Shown in pieces: positions 24,441-37,857 of a DNA stretch of 64,000 nucleotides. This DNA comes from Moniliella sp. 'wahieum'. Taxonomy: Eukaryota. Both the position numbers and the translations under genes were made by a program. The notes beneath the pieces are model-generated. The model worked only from the letters and a program-made list of their open reading frames with translations, searched no databases and was not told where the DNA came from. Where the stretch lies: positions 62,001 to 126,000 of the forward strand of contig RSEE01000009.1 in NCBI GenBank assembly GCA_003971905.1, written 5' to 3'. How positions within the stretch are numbered: the first letter of the stretch is position 1; each line of letters begins with the position of its first letter.

Positions 24441-27400
24441 GGGAGGGGAAGGGGGCAGCGGCAGGACAGGATCGGCAGGCAGGCAGCGTAGCTAGGCTAC
24501 GGCAAGCGATATATGACACTTTTGGGCAGCAGGCCCTGGGTTGAGCGGCCGCGCTGGGCTGCTACCACCGAATACGCCCGAGGCACTCTCCGTGGACCGA
24601 CCGGAACGGCTGCGTGGGGGCGCACACGGCGCCAGTCATGCGGCCGCGCCCCGCAACGCCGCCCGCCACGGTCCGAGGTGGGGACGGCCGGCCGGCGGTG
24701 AGGCTCACCGCTCGCCGCGGCCATCGGTCACCGTGGCAGTCACCGTGGCCGTCACGCTGACGGGGGCGGGCCTGTGACCAGTGCGCGATGCGCGTAGCCG
24801 CCATCGAGCTACGAGCGGTAACCGGTAACCACTCGTGACTAGGCGGCGGGACTCTCCGAATGCGCTAATCGCTATCGCTCCTCCGAATCGATGATCGATG
24901 TCCGACCCGCCGCTGCCCCCCTGTGCCGGCCGGGGAAACGTGTCCTACCAGTCCCGTGTGTGCAGTCACCTGTCACGCGTCAGTGTCACACGTACGGATG
25001 CACTGTGGCCGGCCAGGGGACCGAACGCGGGGCAGAGCAGCGGCGGGCGCAGCTGTGGCTGACCTGTTTGACGTGACATATCCGCGGCGTCAAAGCCTAT
25101 GCAACGAATCCTTCCCTCGGCCTTGTTGGTTTCTTCAAGCTTCAGCTTCAGCTTCACCCTTCGCCCTCCTTCCCGACCACATCCACCGTTCGTTCAACAG
25201 TATCCACCCCCCGCCAGACCCTTTTGCAGACCCCGAGAGAAGCGTGTGGCCGGCGCTGTTGGCAGAACCGACGGGCTTGTGTTCTCGTCAATATTCAATT
25301 CGAACTCGCACCCAAATCGCGATTTTCGCCATTCTCGCTGGTTGGATGTATAAACGCCATGACCGAGTCTCACCATCCATTAGTCACGATCATCGAACCA
25401 ATCGAACCAATCGATTCTTAATCCCTACTCTGTACCGCCATCAGATCTCAGATGATCTTCTTAGCGCCGCGGCGCTTCGCAGCCTTCGCCTCGTTTGTCT
25501 GCTTTGCTCTGTCAAACTTGATGCCCGTGGATGGACATTCTCGAGTAGCGATTGTCGATTAGATCGATTAGACAAGAGGAGAAACTTACAACGAACAAAC
25601 AGTAGGTGGCACAGTCAGCATCCTCAACACGCTTTTTTAAGGCGCCTGATGAGCAGGGGGGCATGTTTGCTATTGCTGTTTGCTGCTCGGAGGCAATGTT
25701 CTTCCTTTCATCCCGGATGACCGGCCGGTGATGATGGATTTTCCCTCCCTTTCCTTTAAGGGGACGATCGGAGTGGCCCCTGGCCGCGTCCCCTGTCGGC
25801 AGATGCACCCCGCGGCCGCAATGATTATCGCTTAGTGAGAATAAAATGAGACGCGCAATAGAAACGTGAGAATGTTTTTGGGAGAAAATCGGTCGTACTC
25901 CTCATCGACAGGACCATCGAGAAGGCGCCGTCGAAAAGTCGAAAAGAAGGCGTCTGCCGCGCGGCGCGGGCGCTTGTCTGCCCTCCGATATAGCATACGG
26001 GTTCCTATAGAGACCAGTACCAGTCCTCGTGCCAGCCGCTCTCGGCATTGCTCTCGCAATGCCACTAACAACTGATGCGATGTGGATGATACAGTGCATC
26101 AGCCAGCCGCGGCATCACATGCACATGCCACAGGCACGGACGTCACTGCTTAGTCAGATCACGCCCTCAGACCCTCAGGCCACCCTGGCACCCTGGCCTC
26201 TCCTGGCTGCCCGCGTCGTCTCATCGCGTTTGGGTCATCGTGTCAAAACCGCGTCCAAGCTAGATGCCATGGAGTCAGTGGAGTCACTATAATCGTCACA
26301 GTAGCAACGAACGTGCTCGTGAGCGTGAAGCGTTGGTTGAACGTTTTTGTATTTGGTGCCAGTTCAACGTTCAACTGAACGTCCACGCGAACCGTTCACG
26401 CGCCACGGAACTCGAGTCGAACGTTCACGACGTTCACGCCCACGGGTCATCGACCTGTTGGTTCCTCCACGCCGGTTCACGGTTCACGGTCCCGACGTTC
26501 ACTTATTGGCAAGCGCTTCAAGTCTGAGAGCTTTTGAGACGCTAGCAGCTTTTGGAGCGAGCGTTTGTCACAGTGGCGATTTTGCCAAAACGTACCCTCG
26601 GCCGAACGAGTTCTGCATTCAACGTATTCAACTCGTATTCAACTCTTCGTATTCCATGTTCAACGAACGGTCGGATTTTTTGATGATTCATGCCTAACAT
26701 GACTGTAAGGATTAAGCCTGTCTTCCCCCCGTCTGCTTCCCTTTTCCCGTTTTCCACCGCCACGACGCAGCCGCGTGCACAGGTTGGCGCGGGACTGCCG
26801 CACGAAGTGTCCCCCGAGGTACATGATGCATGTGCGTGACTCATGTGCGCCCAACGACCAACTGGGTTCTGGGTTTCTGGGTTGGTTGTAAAATCCGCGG
26901 CATGCCGGTCTTTGGGCTTGGCATTAAATATTCATCCCCAGGCACGGCGCGGACCAATGTACGCCCAACACAGTACACTTAGCTCCTGGAGACAGGGGGA
27001 AGGGAGGGCACGTGGCCCAACCCAAAGCCACGCTCTGGCTCCATACTCTGCTGCGGCACTGCTGCGGCCCGAAATTCGCGGGGACCGTCGGAGCGGCCGA
27101 GCGGGGTGGCGGTGGGGGCCTGTCGAAGCCGTTTTGGCCCGATGTGCTGTCCCGACCCATCTATCACCCACTATCCCCTCCATCGATCACATCCCATCCC
27201 ATCCCATCCATTCCACATAGCAAGAAACAGGAATGGCCGTCGCACTGGCACCAACGCGGAATGGCGTACCGCTAACCAATCAATCATTAATCATTGCCGA
27301 ATGGCTGGTTTTTTTGCGCCGCACACGCACACATCACCAGCGCGTGTGGGTTCGGGCGACTACGAGTAGGTTACGGTCTACGCGACGAGATCCCACCCCG

Positions 27401-27504
27401 CCCCGTGTCGAGCACGTGGGGTCCCACACTAGTCAGCATATATCCGATTACTCCCCCCCCCCACAGCGGAGAGAGGTGGGAGCAGCGCCGCTGCCGCTCC
27501 AACC

Positions 27505-30500
27505 TTACGCCACTTGGACGTTCAAGAACGGGACCTCGACATCCTCCCTTCTCATCGTCCGCATCACCTCGACCACGACCCAGTGCACGTGGGCGGGGGG
27601 ATGGGTTTCTTGGACACGTGCTCGATCAGGTGGCGCATCGTCATGCCCAGCCGTTCTTGCGGTTCCTTGGCAACGAGGAAAACAGCATCGACAACCCCCG
27701 ACGACACCATCGAGATCTCCAGTTCTCCTTGGCTTCAAACTCGTCAATCAGCTGCTGCAGCGTAGGATTGCCCGGGATGGTAAACCGGTCCCACAGCGTC
27801 CACTCCTTGTCGTAGTACTTGTTCTTCGACGGCGCAATCGGCTCCGACGACGCCACAAAGGGCAAGGCCAAATTGACAAACGTGTTTGTAGTCCTCAATC
27901 GTACGCCGACGCTTGCGCGGGTCCGATGAGCCTTCCACAACACCATCGTCAATCAATTTGTACAGCTCCACCGACAACAACCCCGACGCGACTCGTGCTC
28001 GTAATCAACGCAGGAATGATCTTGCCGGCGATCCCCTTGATCTTGAGCCGGTCGCAATCGGGATGCTGTAGTTCTCCGCACGCAGATTGGCCGCGGCCGC
28101 AATAAAGTCAATGTGGAAGTTCTACCCAACATCCTTCTCAAACTCGGCCGGGTGTGAGGCGGTAGCCCGCCAAGGACGCTGGCGAAGGAAGTTGACTGGC
28201 AATTTCCACAATTCCTCCTCCGTCGGGTCCTCTCCTTCTCCCCCAGCCGCAGGAGCGGGCTCATTGTCATTCGTTTGCACTTTGACGTGCTCTTCGGCTC
28301 AAAGCGGGACGTGCACGTCGGCCAGGATGCGCTTAAACACCTCGGGGTTCCTCTCCCCCTTCAAGCCATAGTTCTCCGCGTGCAGGTTGGCGCGCAGCAG
28401 CAATCACGAAGCCAAGATGAAGGTCATTGTTGGGGTCAAACTCGAGTGCCTTGGGGCACGCTTGGGGCCCGACCAGAACAATGGCCGTGCTCGTCCGTGC
28501 ATCGGGAGGAAGGGAGAAACAGAGCTGCTTGATCGTGTTGACAAAGTCATCCTCAAATTGAAACGGGCCCACTTGACGCACGCCGCAAACGAAAGCGGCT
28601 TCTCGTCCACAAGGAAGTCCTTAATTTGGGAAATCTGCTCCTTTGGCAATCACGCTGCCGGAATGAAGCAGGGTCGAGTTGACATAGTCGGGCGAGTGAG
28701 GTACTGGTTGACGTTCTGCGCCGGCTTGACAAAGAATTCATCAAACTTCTCTCGCGCCCAGGCGATCGTGTGCTCAATCGCGTTGGGAAGTTCTTGAGCG
28801 TGCACATGGGGATCGACTTCTCAGGCGGATCTTGCGAAGACGAGTAGCTCTCCGTCCACGTGGGGCACGACAACCTGGGTGTTGAGTTGAGTGCCCAACG
28901 TCCCGACTCAAGGAGAGGCTTTCATAGTACACACACCGACGTCCATGTACTGCCCGCTTGAACATTGTCCAAGGGTTCGTCCCCCAGTCAGACGGGCAAA
29001 AAACTCATCCCCGTACACGTCCTCCGATCTAAGGCCCCACCCGCACCTCGCTTGCTTGAATTTTCCCAGTGAGGTCGGGGTTCATCTCGATAACAGCCGC
29101 GCCGCGGTCTCGGCCTTGAACTTGCCCACATCCTTAGGACGGAAGAGGAATTGACGGTTCAAGTTGGACTTCTCAATCTGGTCATTGTCTGTCACGTGGA
29201 TTGCGCCTTCTGGCCACAGTCGCGAGACCCCATCATGGCCCAGTTCTTGAGCATTTCACCCAATCGCACCCGAACCCACAAGGAACTGACGAGCATTGCT
29301 CATTGGTCTGGAACGTCTTACCAAAGACGCCAATCTGGGAGTCGTATCGCGTGCCCATAGGCTCAAAACTCCGACTCGGGGAGCTCGCAATGTTGAGAGG
29401 CAGAGCCTCGACGTGTCAATGTAGAGGTGCTGCACCAGCGGGTGTGAAATTTTCCACTCACAGCCTTCAGCACTCTTGCCCGACAAACCCACCAACAAAT
29501 GCTACAAGGGGGACAGGTCACCAGTGCTGCTTGGCAAGTTCAAGGACAACCTTCTCTTCCAACTCATCTTCGCGTCCAGCCTTGGCCCAAATTCTTTCGC
29601 AAGAGCGAGGACTACATTGGCGGCTTGTGAATTGCGGGGAAGGGCAGACGGGCCTTGGGCGTCTTGGAAAGCCCCAAGGGCTTGGAAAGCAGTGTGGATC
29701 GTGTTGGGCCGTTCAAACTTGGCAAAATCGGTGATAAGGAACTCGGGCTGTTTAATGCTCTCCTCCAAAGGCTTGAAGTGGATCGTCTCGGGCATTTTGA
29801 CCTGTTGGAAGGTCCCTTCCCGTTCGTATTCCCCTTCAAACCCAGTCGTGTCACCAATCTCAAACGAGTAAGGGCCAACAACAGTGACCTTGAACGGGCC
29901 GGCATCGTTGATCCCTTGAGACCTTGCACCTCCGAGAAGGTCACGTAGTCCCCATCTGACAGGCCGTGCCGCGTCTCGTCTAACGTCGTCACCAGACCCT
30001 TCTGATCCTTGTCGATCGAGGTCACCATGCCGTGCAGGGGCGGCTGGCCGTTCGTTCGTTGCAGACAAAGTCGGGACCAAAGTCACAGAAGGCTGAGCCA
30101 AACAGACCACGCGCATCGGCCGCAATAAAGCTCGCCCCACACTACGGGCAATGTTGTTGAGTTCAATCTGACGAGAAGCGGGGCATCCGTCACGACAATC
30201 ACCTGCACATACGAACCAGTCAGTACTGCCAAGGTGGAGGGTGATCGATCATGTGTAGGTGTGAGGACGTACCTGGAACTGGGACAGGGCTTGAGCACCC
30301 AACGTGGGCGCATCCAGATGCGAACGGGAACGTAGCTGTTCAGCTCAGCAAGGCGGGGAGCAGTGGCTTCAGCACGGGTCTTGCCTGTGCCCACATCAGA
30401 GAGGCGGAGGAAGAACTGGGAAGCCAAGTCCTGGATCGTGACGGGGGTCGGGTCGTAGATCGTTACCGATTTGACACCGGCCAGGGCACGTTTTTGGCTG

Positions 30501-30741
30501 TTCAGCATCGAGTCCAACATGCAACAATGGTCAGATTCCTGAGTGGCGGCCGCAAGCTGGAAACAGGGAGAAACAACATACCGATTTCAGCGCCGAGCCC
30601 CTTGAGGCCGACAATGAGCACATTGCTGGCAGCCATGCGCTGCATGGCTTCGCGGCCAAGAACATAGAGCTGGCGGCTATACAGGCTCTCATCGATGCCG
30701 GCAGGCGCCGGTGAAGGCGAATCAACGCTCATGGCGCTCAT
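27505..30741 (-). CDS. UBA1: Ubiquitin-activating enzyme E1
   Basis: [33 protein letters not shown], catalytic [16 protein letters not shown]-terminal EDVEVPFL. Introns 30498-30581 and 30203-30272. Confidence 0.96.
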
Positions 30742-30944
30742 GAGGAACGGATGGTGGTGGTGGTGAGGAGGGGATAAGGGTGGCGGCGCCCAGCCAGGCC
30801 CAGCCAGGAGGCGTTCAACGTGGCCCCCGTCTTACGTCAGCCGAACCTGACCGATTGCAACACTGCTTAGGGTTAGGCAGCCCGACCGCGCACGGACGCC
30901 TGCAGAGACAGCAGCTTGTGGGCCGCACTCCTGCTGCCGGCTCA

Positions 30945-31061
30945 TCAGCTCCATCAGCTCCGTCAGCTCTGTCAGCTCTGTCAGCTCTGTCAGCTCTGTC
31001 AGCTCCGTCAGCTCTGTCAGCGCCGTCAGCGCCGTCAGCGCCGTCAGCGCCATCAGCTCCA
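30945..31061. repeat. 9-bp minisatellite TCAGC(T/G)C(T/C)(G/A) x13 in the UBA1-HSP90 divergent intergenic region
   Basis: Blocks of TCAGCTCTG, TCAGCTCCG/A and TCAGCGCCG/A units. Confidence 0.93.
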
Positions 31062-32081
31062 TCGCCCGCGACGAGCTAGGGGTCCGTCATGTGGGGGCCT
31101 GAGGCGGGCCTGGGGAGGATGATTGGCTGACAGCTCGCTTTCGCTCCCCGGTCAAGGCTGCAAGCTGAAAGGGTAGAACGCTGATGCATGGCGGCTATAT
31201 GTGCACGCATCACGCCAAAGGGCATACGGTTGGTGAGGGCGATGAGGAGGCGCCAATCGGAGTGGCTGCGTATGGACTGACCAGAACAAGACGCTCACCC
31301 CACTTGATTCCCTCGGGGGGGCATTTATAACCACAGGTCACAGCAAGGGCCATGTATCATAGAGCCAAGCCAGCAGCTCAACTTCTCTACATGTCCAACC
31401 CCTTCCCAGCACCCTCCATGCCAGCATCTGTTCCGGATTGGCCACAGTCTAGGGCAGCAACTCGTGCTTCGACACATACGTTGATTGATAGTGAACTTTG
31501 AACACCGGATTGGAGAGGTTGAAGAGACTGGCATGCGACGATGCGCCATCTAAGATGAGACGATGGGCAGGCACAGCGAACGTAGTACTCAATTGGCTGT
31601 GCCAGACGCGAGCGCCTTCACATCGCATCGCATCATCGCTCATTTTGCATTTGGCGATCCCACCAGCTTGTAGCTGGTCCCCAACTCATATCGTGTGTGG
31701 CACCTCGCCGCAAGCACTCCTCCGTGAAACGTCGACGACCTCCGTCCCCATGCTGTGTTTTCTCTGTGGGTTTGGCGGGGGGGAAGAAGCATGAATGAAA
31801 ACAGACGTATCCTACCTTGTCAAAAGAAGAGGATCTGTTCGACAGCGGCAGCGTCGAATGGCGTCGTAGGGGCGTGGCGCGCGTGAGGGGACGAGAGGGA
31901 ACAAGAAGGAGATAGAAGGCTCCACAGTGTCTCTTCAAGTTTCCTTCATGCATCACGTATCACCCATCATGCTTCACTCGAAGTCACGGCTGGCTTCGCC
32001 CAGATTCTAAATGGGTCAAGACTGGCGCTATGCGGAGAGTGCGGGGATGTGCTTTGAACAGATGGGCGTCCGCCCCGGAGC

Positions 32082-32087
32082 TATAAA
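32082..32087 (+). promoter_or_regulatory. TATA box of HSP90
   Basis: TATAAA about 60 nt upstream of the ATG at 32147. Confidence 0.6.
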
Positions 32088-32146
32088 ACTAACTGCTCCG
32101 CTCACCGGTCCAATTTTCCCCATCATCCACCCGTCTGTTCGTCGTC

Positions 32147-34228
32147 ATGTCGTCGTCAAACTCGGAGACCTTTGGCTTTGCCGCCGACATCAGCCAGCTG
32201 CTGGACCTGATCATCAACACCTTCTACTCCAACAAGGAAATCTTCCTTCGGGAACTCATCTCGAACGCTTCGGACGCCCTTGACAAGATCCGCTATGCCG
32301 CGCTCACTGACCCCACCGCGCTGGACGAGGAGAAGGAGCTCTACATTCGCATTACCCCCGACAAGGAGAACAAGATCCTCTCCATCCGCGACACGGGTAT
32401 TGGCATGACCAAGACGGACCTGATCAACAGCATTGGTACCATTGCTCGCTCGGGCACCAAGGCATTCATGGAGGCACTTTCCTCTGGTGCCGACATCTCT
32501 ATGATTGGCCAGTTCGGTGTGGGCTTCTACTCGGCCTACCTCGTCGCGGACAAGGTGCAGATCATCACCAAGAACAACGACGACGAGCAGTACATCTGGG
32601 AGTCGGCTGCTGGTGGCACCTTCACCATCACGCAGGACACTGTCAACCCTCTATTGGCCGCGGTACGGAGCTGCGTTTGCACATGAAGGATGACCAGCTT
32701 GAGTACCTTGAGGAGAAGCGGATCAAGGAAATCGTCAAGAAGCACTCTGAGTTCATCTCGTACCCATCCAGCTCGTCGTCACAAAGGAGGTCGAGAAGGA
32801 GGTCGAGGTTGAGGAGGAGGCTGCTGACGATGACAAGAAGCCCAAGATTGAGGAGGTTGAGGATGAGGACAACAAGAAGAAGGAGAAGAAGAAGGTCAGG
32901 AGATCGTCAAGGAGGAGGAGGAGCTCAACAAGACGAAGCCTCTCTGGACCCGGGATCCCAAATCGATTGAGCCGGAAGAGTACAACTCCTTCTACAAGTC
33001 TCTGACCAACGACTGGGAGGACCCTCTGGCTGTCAAGCACTTCTCGGTTGAGGGCCAGCTTGAGTTCAAGGCTCTGCTCTACATTCCCAAACGTGCTCCC
33101 TTTGATCTCTTTGAGAACAAGAAGAAGCGCAACAACATCAAACTCTACGTTCGTCGTGTGTTCATCATGGACGACTGTGAGGACCTCATCCCCGAGTGGC
33201 TCTCGTTTGTCAAGGGTGTTGTCGACTCGGAGGACCTGCCGCTCAACATCTCGCGTGAGACCCTGCAGCAGAACAAGATTCTGAAGGTGATCCGTAAAAC
33301 ATTGTCAAGAAGGTCCTCGAGTGCATCTCGGAGATCGAGGAGGACGAGGAGAACTACAAGAAGTTCTACGAGGCCTTCGGAAAGAACATCAAGCTTGGTA
33401 TTCACGAGGACTCAACCAACCGCAACAAGCTTGCCGAGTTCCTTCGCTTCAACTCGACCAAGTCGGGTGATGAGCTCACCTCCCTGAAGGACTATGTGAC
33501 GCGCATGCCGAGGTGCAAAAGAACATCTACTACCTCACTGGCGAGTCGCTTCAGTCGATCAACGACTCTCCCTTCTTGGAGGCGCTCAAGAAGAAGGGCT
33601 TTGAGGTTCTTCTCATGGTGGACCCGATTGACGAGTATGCGGTTACTCAGTTGCGCGAGTTTGACGGCAAGAAGCTGGTTTCGGTCTCCAAGGAGGGGCT
33701 TGAGCTTGAGGAGACGCCCGAGGAGATTGCCGCGCGTGAGGAGGAGGCGAAGAAGTTCGAGGGCCTGCTCAAGGCTGTCAAGGACATCCTCGGGGACAAG
33801 GTTGAGAAGGTGGTTCTTTCGAACCGCCTTGTCGGCTCGCCCGTTGCTCTTGTCACTGGTCAATTTGGCTGGTCGGCTAACATGGAGCGGATCATGAAGG
33901 CGCAGGCGTTGCGGGACACCAGCATGAGCTCCTACATGTCTTCCAAGAAGACGCTTGAGGTGAACCCCAAGAACCCCATCATCAAGGAGCTGCAGGCTAA
34001 GGCGGACGCTGACGCGGCCGACTCGACTGTGCGCGACTTGACCTGGTTGCTGTACGAGACGGCGCTGCTCACGTCAGGCTTCAGCCTGGACCAACCCCAA
34101 GACTTTGCAAACCGCCTGTTTAAGCTTATTTCGCTTGGCCTCTCTATTGACGAGACGGAGGAGGAGCCAGAAGAGGAGAAGGCTGCCGAGCAACCCGAGG
34201 GGAGAGCACCATGGAGACTGTCGACTAA
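32147..34228 (+). CDS. HSP90: Cytosolic Hsp90 chaperone (intronless)
   Basis: [77 protein letters not shown]. After the last indel the C-terminus reads [11 protein letters not shown]. Confidence 0.98.
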
Positions 34229-36160
34229 ATTTGGGGCTTCCTTGATACCAACACATGATTCATTACGCATCCTGCTTTGCTTGGGACTCCGAATGGGGCA
34301 TAGATAGATGAAGCGAATGATGCGCTTGTTGTACGAGCCGGTATGGATGCTTATAGTTGCACTCAACGAGACCCCCATCCCCCCCCCCCCCCGGCAGTTG
34401 CACGCGCCAAGAGTCGGTATCGAAGTTGGGGCATCTAGTTCCGGGTCGACAAATACCATAGTAGGAGGCGCGATGGACAATGTGGAAACGAGTACAATGG
34501 GATCCTCGCCAGGATATCAGCTGGCGACAACAGAAACCAAAATGAAGTGTGTCGCAAACGCCGTCACGTTCAGCATCAATTCACCCTGCGTGCATATGCG
34601 TGTTTTCTTCTCTCTGTGGCCGGTCAACGAACGAACGCTGTGCTTTCACCTTCGCTCTTCAGTCTTTGACTGAAGCACACAAGGAATTTGGAGACGTTCT
34701 CGCAGAGGCTCCTATATAATAGAGAGGTTTTCCCCACTGTTAATTAACGTTTCTATTCACTCCCGTCTTCGGGACATCGCTGGGTCTCAAAAGTTAGCGC
34801 TGGCCGGTGCCTGTGACTGCTGAGTCAGCGCTCAGCGTTGTTGAGCCTCAACGTCAACTCTCAACACACAAAACATGTATTGGTTTAATGCCCCTGATCG
34901 GCCTGATCAGTCAGCTCGGTGGTTAGGCCCTAAGCACATTGCTTATTAAGCGCTTTTAGGCCAGCGCTCGAGCGCGCAAAAGTGTCCATGATCGAAAACA
35001 TATAATTTGCAATAGTGTGAGCTATCCTACGTGAGATAATCGATAAGACACCATCTCACGTCTTCCCTGTGTAACGTGTATAGCGTGTATACGAAATCTG
35101 TTTTATGTACGACGTACGTATCGAGCAGGAACAGTTCACTTCGCGTTTGATATATGGCATGCCAGACGGTTGCCAAACACGGACACTCTCGAACCCCGCA
35201 ATGCCCCTGAGACCCTGAGACTCGAGGCCACCTCGCGGGGGGACCAGTGACGCGGGTGACGGTAAATGCGGCGGTGGCCGGTGTGGATCCCCCCACACAA
35301 ACTTGTATATCCGCCCTGCGGAGAGCGTCGTTAGAGGCAGAGTAACACCATCATCGACATCGACCATCGCATTATGGGTCATTTTCTACAAGGTCCAACA
35401 ACCGAACGCCTCATTGGAATTGACTGGCTTATCGGCACATCAGTATAGGAGATGCGGAGGTATACCGAAGCTACTGAAGCTAGTATATTCCTAGAAGAGG
35501 GGCTCTGGCGACGAAGTAATATTTAAGAGTGGGAGAGAAGGTCCTAAAGAGATGCATACCATGGCACGTAATTCTTCTGTGTTTCGACTCAGTGAGGAGA
35601 GGCTATATGATGCCTGACATGTGACACGTCACCTGGGTCACAAGGGGGCCGTTACCAGCTGCAAGCTTCAAGCTTTGTCAAGGTTCAACGTTTAACACAG
35701 TCTTTCTGTGGGCTTTCTCCAATGTGTGAAACGCCTCATACACATAGAAGTGCAGTTGTACTGCGCCACGTATGCGTGCAACCGCTTTACAAGCTTTGCT
35801 AGCGATCCATTGTGCTCTTTGGATGTGGCCCTACGTCGCCCGACATCTTCATGCGATCTCTTCCATTCAAGTCGCTGTAAAGCTTGCAGCACCCCTCGGC
35901 TTATCTGTAACAGCTCGGCCTAAGGGCTATAACTACGTGTATCGTCTTCTCGGAGGTTCCGCTTCTTTATTCCTCCCATCCGATTTCAGGCTTCAAGCTC
36001 CACGCTGCATTCCCCTTTGCTTCCCCTATCGCTATATCATCCTTTCATTTCTCCCACACCACCGTCACCGCCATCGCCACTTCCGCCACCGAAACAGCAT
36101 CTGCGACAGCAACGCTTGCAACCCCACCTTCATTTTCAGTCTACTGTGTGATACCCCATC

Positions 36161-37208
36161 ATGGAAGATAACTGCAGTACATCAACGCCTCCCTCCATGC
36201 TCGACATGCTACACGCCGAAGCGGACAAAGAAGCCATTATCAACCGCTTCCTTCTCTCCTCTCCCATGGAGAAGGAGAGGATTCAGCAGGGTCTACGAGT
36301 TGATTCAAGAGCAGGAGAACACCAGCCGGGCGGTTTTGGATCGGTTATGGGACAACAGCTCTGGTCAGCCTACTCACGTACCATTCTCTGAGGTACAGAC
36401 AACGAAAGAGGCCAAGAAAGAGGAGGTAGACTCCCACATCAAGCAGCGCTTGCGCGACAGCATCGTTAGCATGGCCAATCTGGCGTGCAACCAGCCGCCC
36501 TTGGAGGTCAAGGACCAGTTGATTCGTCTTACCCCCCAAGAGCGCCTGACCGAAGCGGAACGTGCCCGGCGCATCACTGTCGCCACCAACTGGTTTTCCA
36601 ACACTCGCCGCCGCTCAGGCTTTTACGGGATGGAGCAGCGTCTGGCTGCGAGCAAGCCAGAGCGAGCAGAGGTGGCGTTTACCAAGGTGATTCGTGTGTG
36701 CCAATTCCTCACTCCCAACCAGCAAGCCGGCCAAGAGGAGGTAACCGAATCTGACCTGATAAATCGGTGCCCTGCCAAAATCTTGGATGATCTCCAATAC
36801 TTTCTTGATCAAGTGCAACAGGAGAAAGGGGCAAAAAAGCCAGCCAACACCCCTTTGTGCCAGGAGTCATCATCGCTCAAGTCTGATGGCAAGCGCGACC
36901 CGTGGCTCTCGGATCCTGAACTTAGCATGACAGTTCCTACTCTTCTTGAGTGTGTAACCAAGTATTTAAAGGCGGTCCGCAAGGCTGTATGGGATGAGCA
37001 GACTTCTGTCCGTTCCGCCATCGATGATGCCTACTTGGTTGCCTTCAGGGAGGGTCTGGTTCCTAACTTGGACCATTTCCCCCTTTCCACTGAGAAGATA
37101 GAACGGGACGTGGTTTGCCAGGCGATTACCAACTTTGTCCGCCGCATCAGTGCGTATCCCCCTTTGGCCGCCTCCCCGCTGTTGTATTTGCATAACTTTC
37201 CTAAATGA
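36161..37208 (+). CDS. HD1-class (bE/Sxi1-like) homeodomain protein
   Basis: Helix-3 sequence TNWFSNTRRRSGF matches the basidiomycete HD1 motif WFxNxRRRxG. It is preceded by PPLEVKDQL (helix-2-like) and an N-terminal helical region. Indel near 36290; possible terminal intron from GTGCGT at 37151. Confidence 0.75.
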
Positions 37209-37857
37209 GGCACTATACCTAACCTGAAAGGACTGATTGCTTCCAGATAAGCAAGACTTGATGGCCCAAGGTCTATGGGCTGAAAGCAACGAACAGTAGC
37301 CAACTCAAAACTTCTGTGGGCAGTCGCATACCCCCGATACCTCACCACACCTTCCGATTCTCTTCATCAAAATGATTGCCGCCCCACATATGTGTGGCTT
37401 TCTTGATTGCTATTATTAACGCACACAGAACCCACACAAAATCATGACCTTTGCCCCTCGATTCCACACAGCATGTTCATGAAACAGTATACATGCTCTC
37501 GTTTCGCAATTGTATCAGACAATCGCTCTTTGCTGCCTGTACACTTACATTATGTGCACACTGTATGTGACACACGAGTTCGTGTCACAATTTATGGGAA
37601 AGGGTCAGAGCAGGCTGAATAGACATGTGCCATGGACACCCTATGCCTACCTGATGAAGTCGAAGAAGGTCGAAGCCCTCTTTTAGAATAACTGCACCTT
37701 CGGTCACACTGCTCTCAAGATAAGGGCTCTCCTCCGTTCCTGATCCATCATGAGGCTTGGCTGTCTGATGCGGGGGGGCACCTCTGTTACTATATGGTGA
37801 ACATATTGTACATTGAAGCGGCACACCGAAAACGAAGCCTGGGAGGCAGCGGCTCCC

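Noticed and set aside
30868..30878. Telomeric TTAGGG seed
   Set aside because: Fewer than two full units; expected by chance.
30780..31122. SAP/TEL/QLC repeat ORFs
   Set aside because: Translations of the 9-bp minisatellite upstream of UBA1.
31900..32020. Heat-shock element upstream of HSP90
   Set aside because: Only scattered TTC/GAA units; no three-unit nGAAn array could be read.
34300..36100. HD2/bW partner or CAAX pheromone precursor next to the HD1 gene
   Set aside because: No WFxNRR helix and no convincing short CAAX ORF found, though very short or frameshifted genes could be missed by eye.
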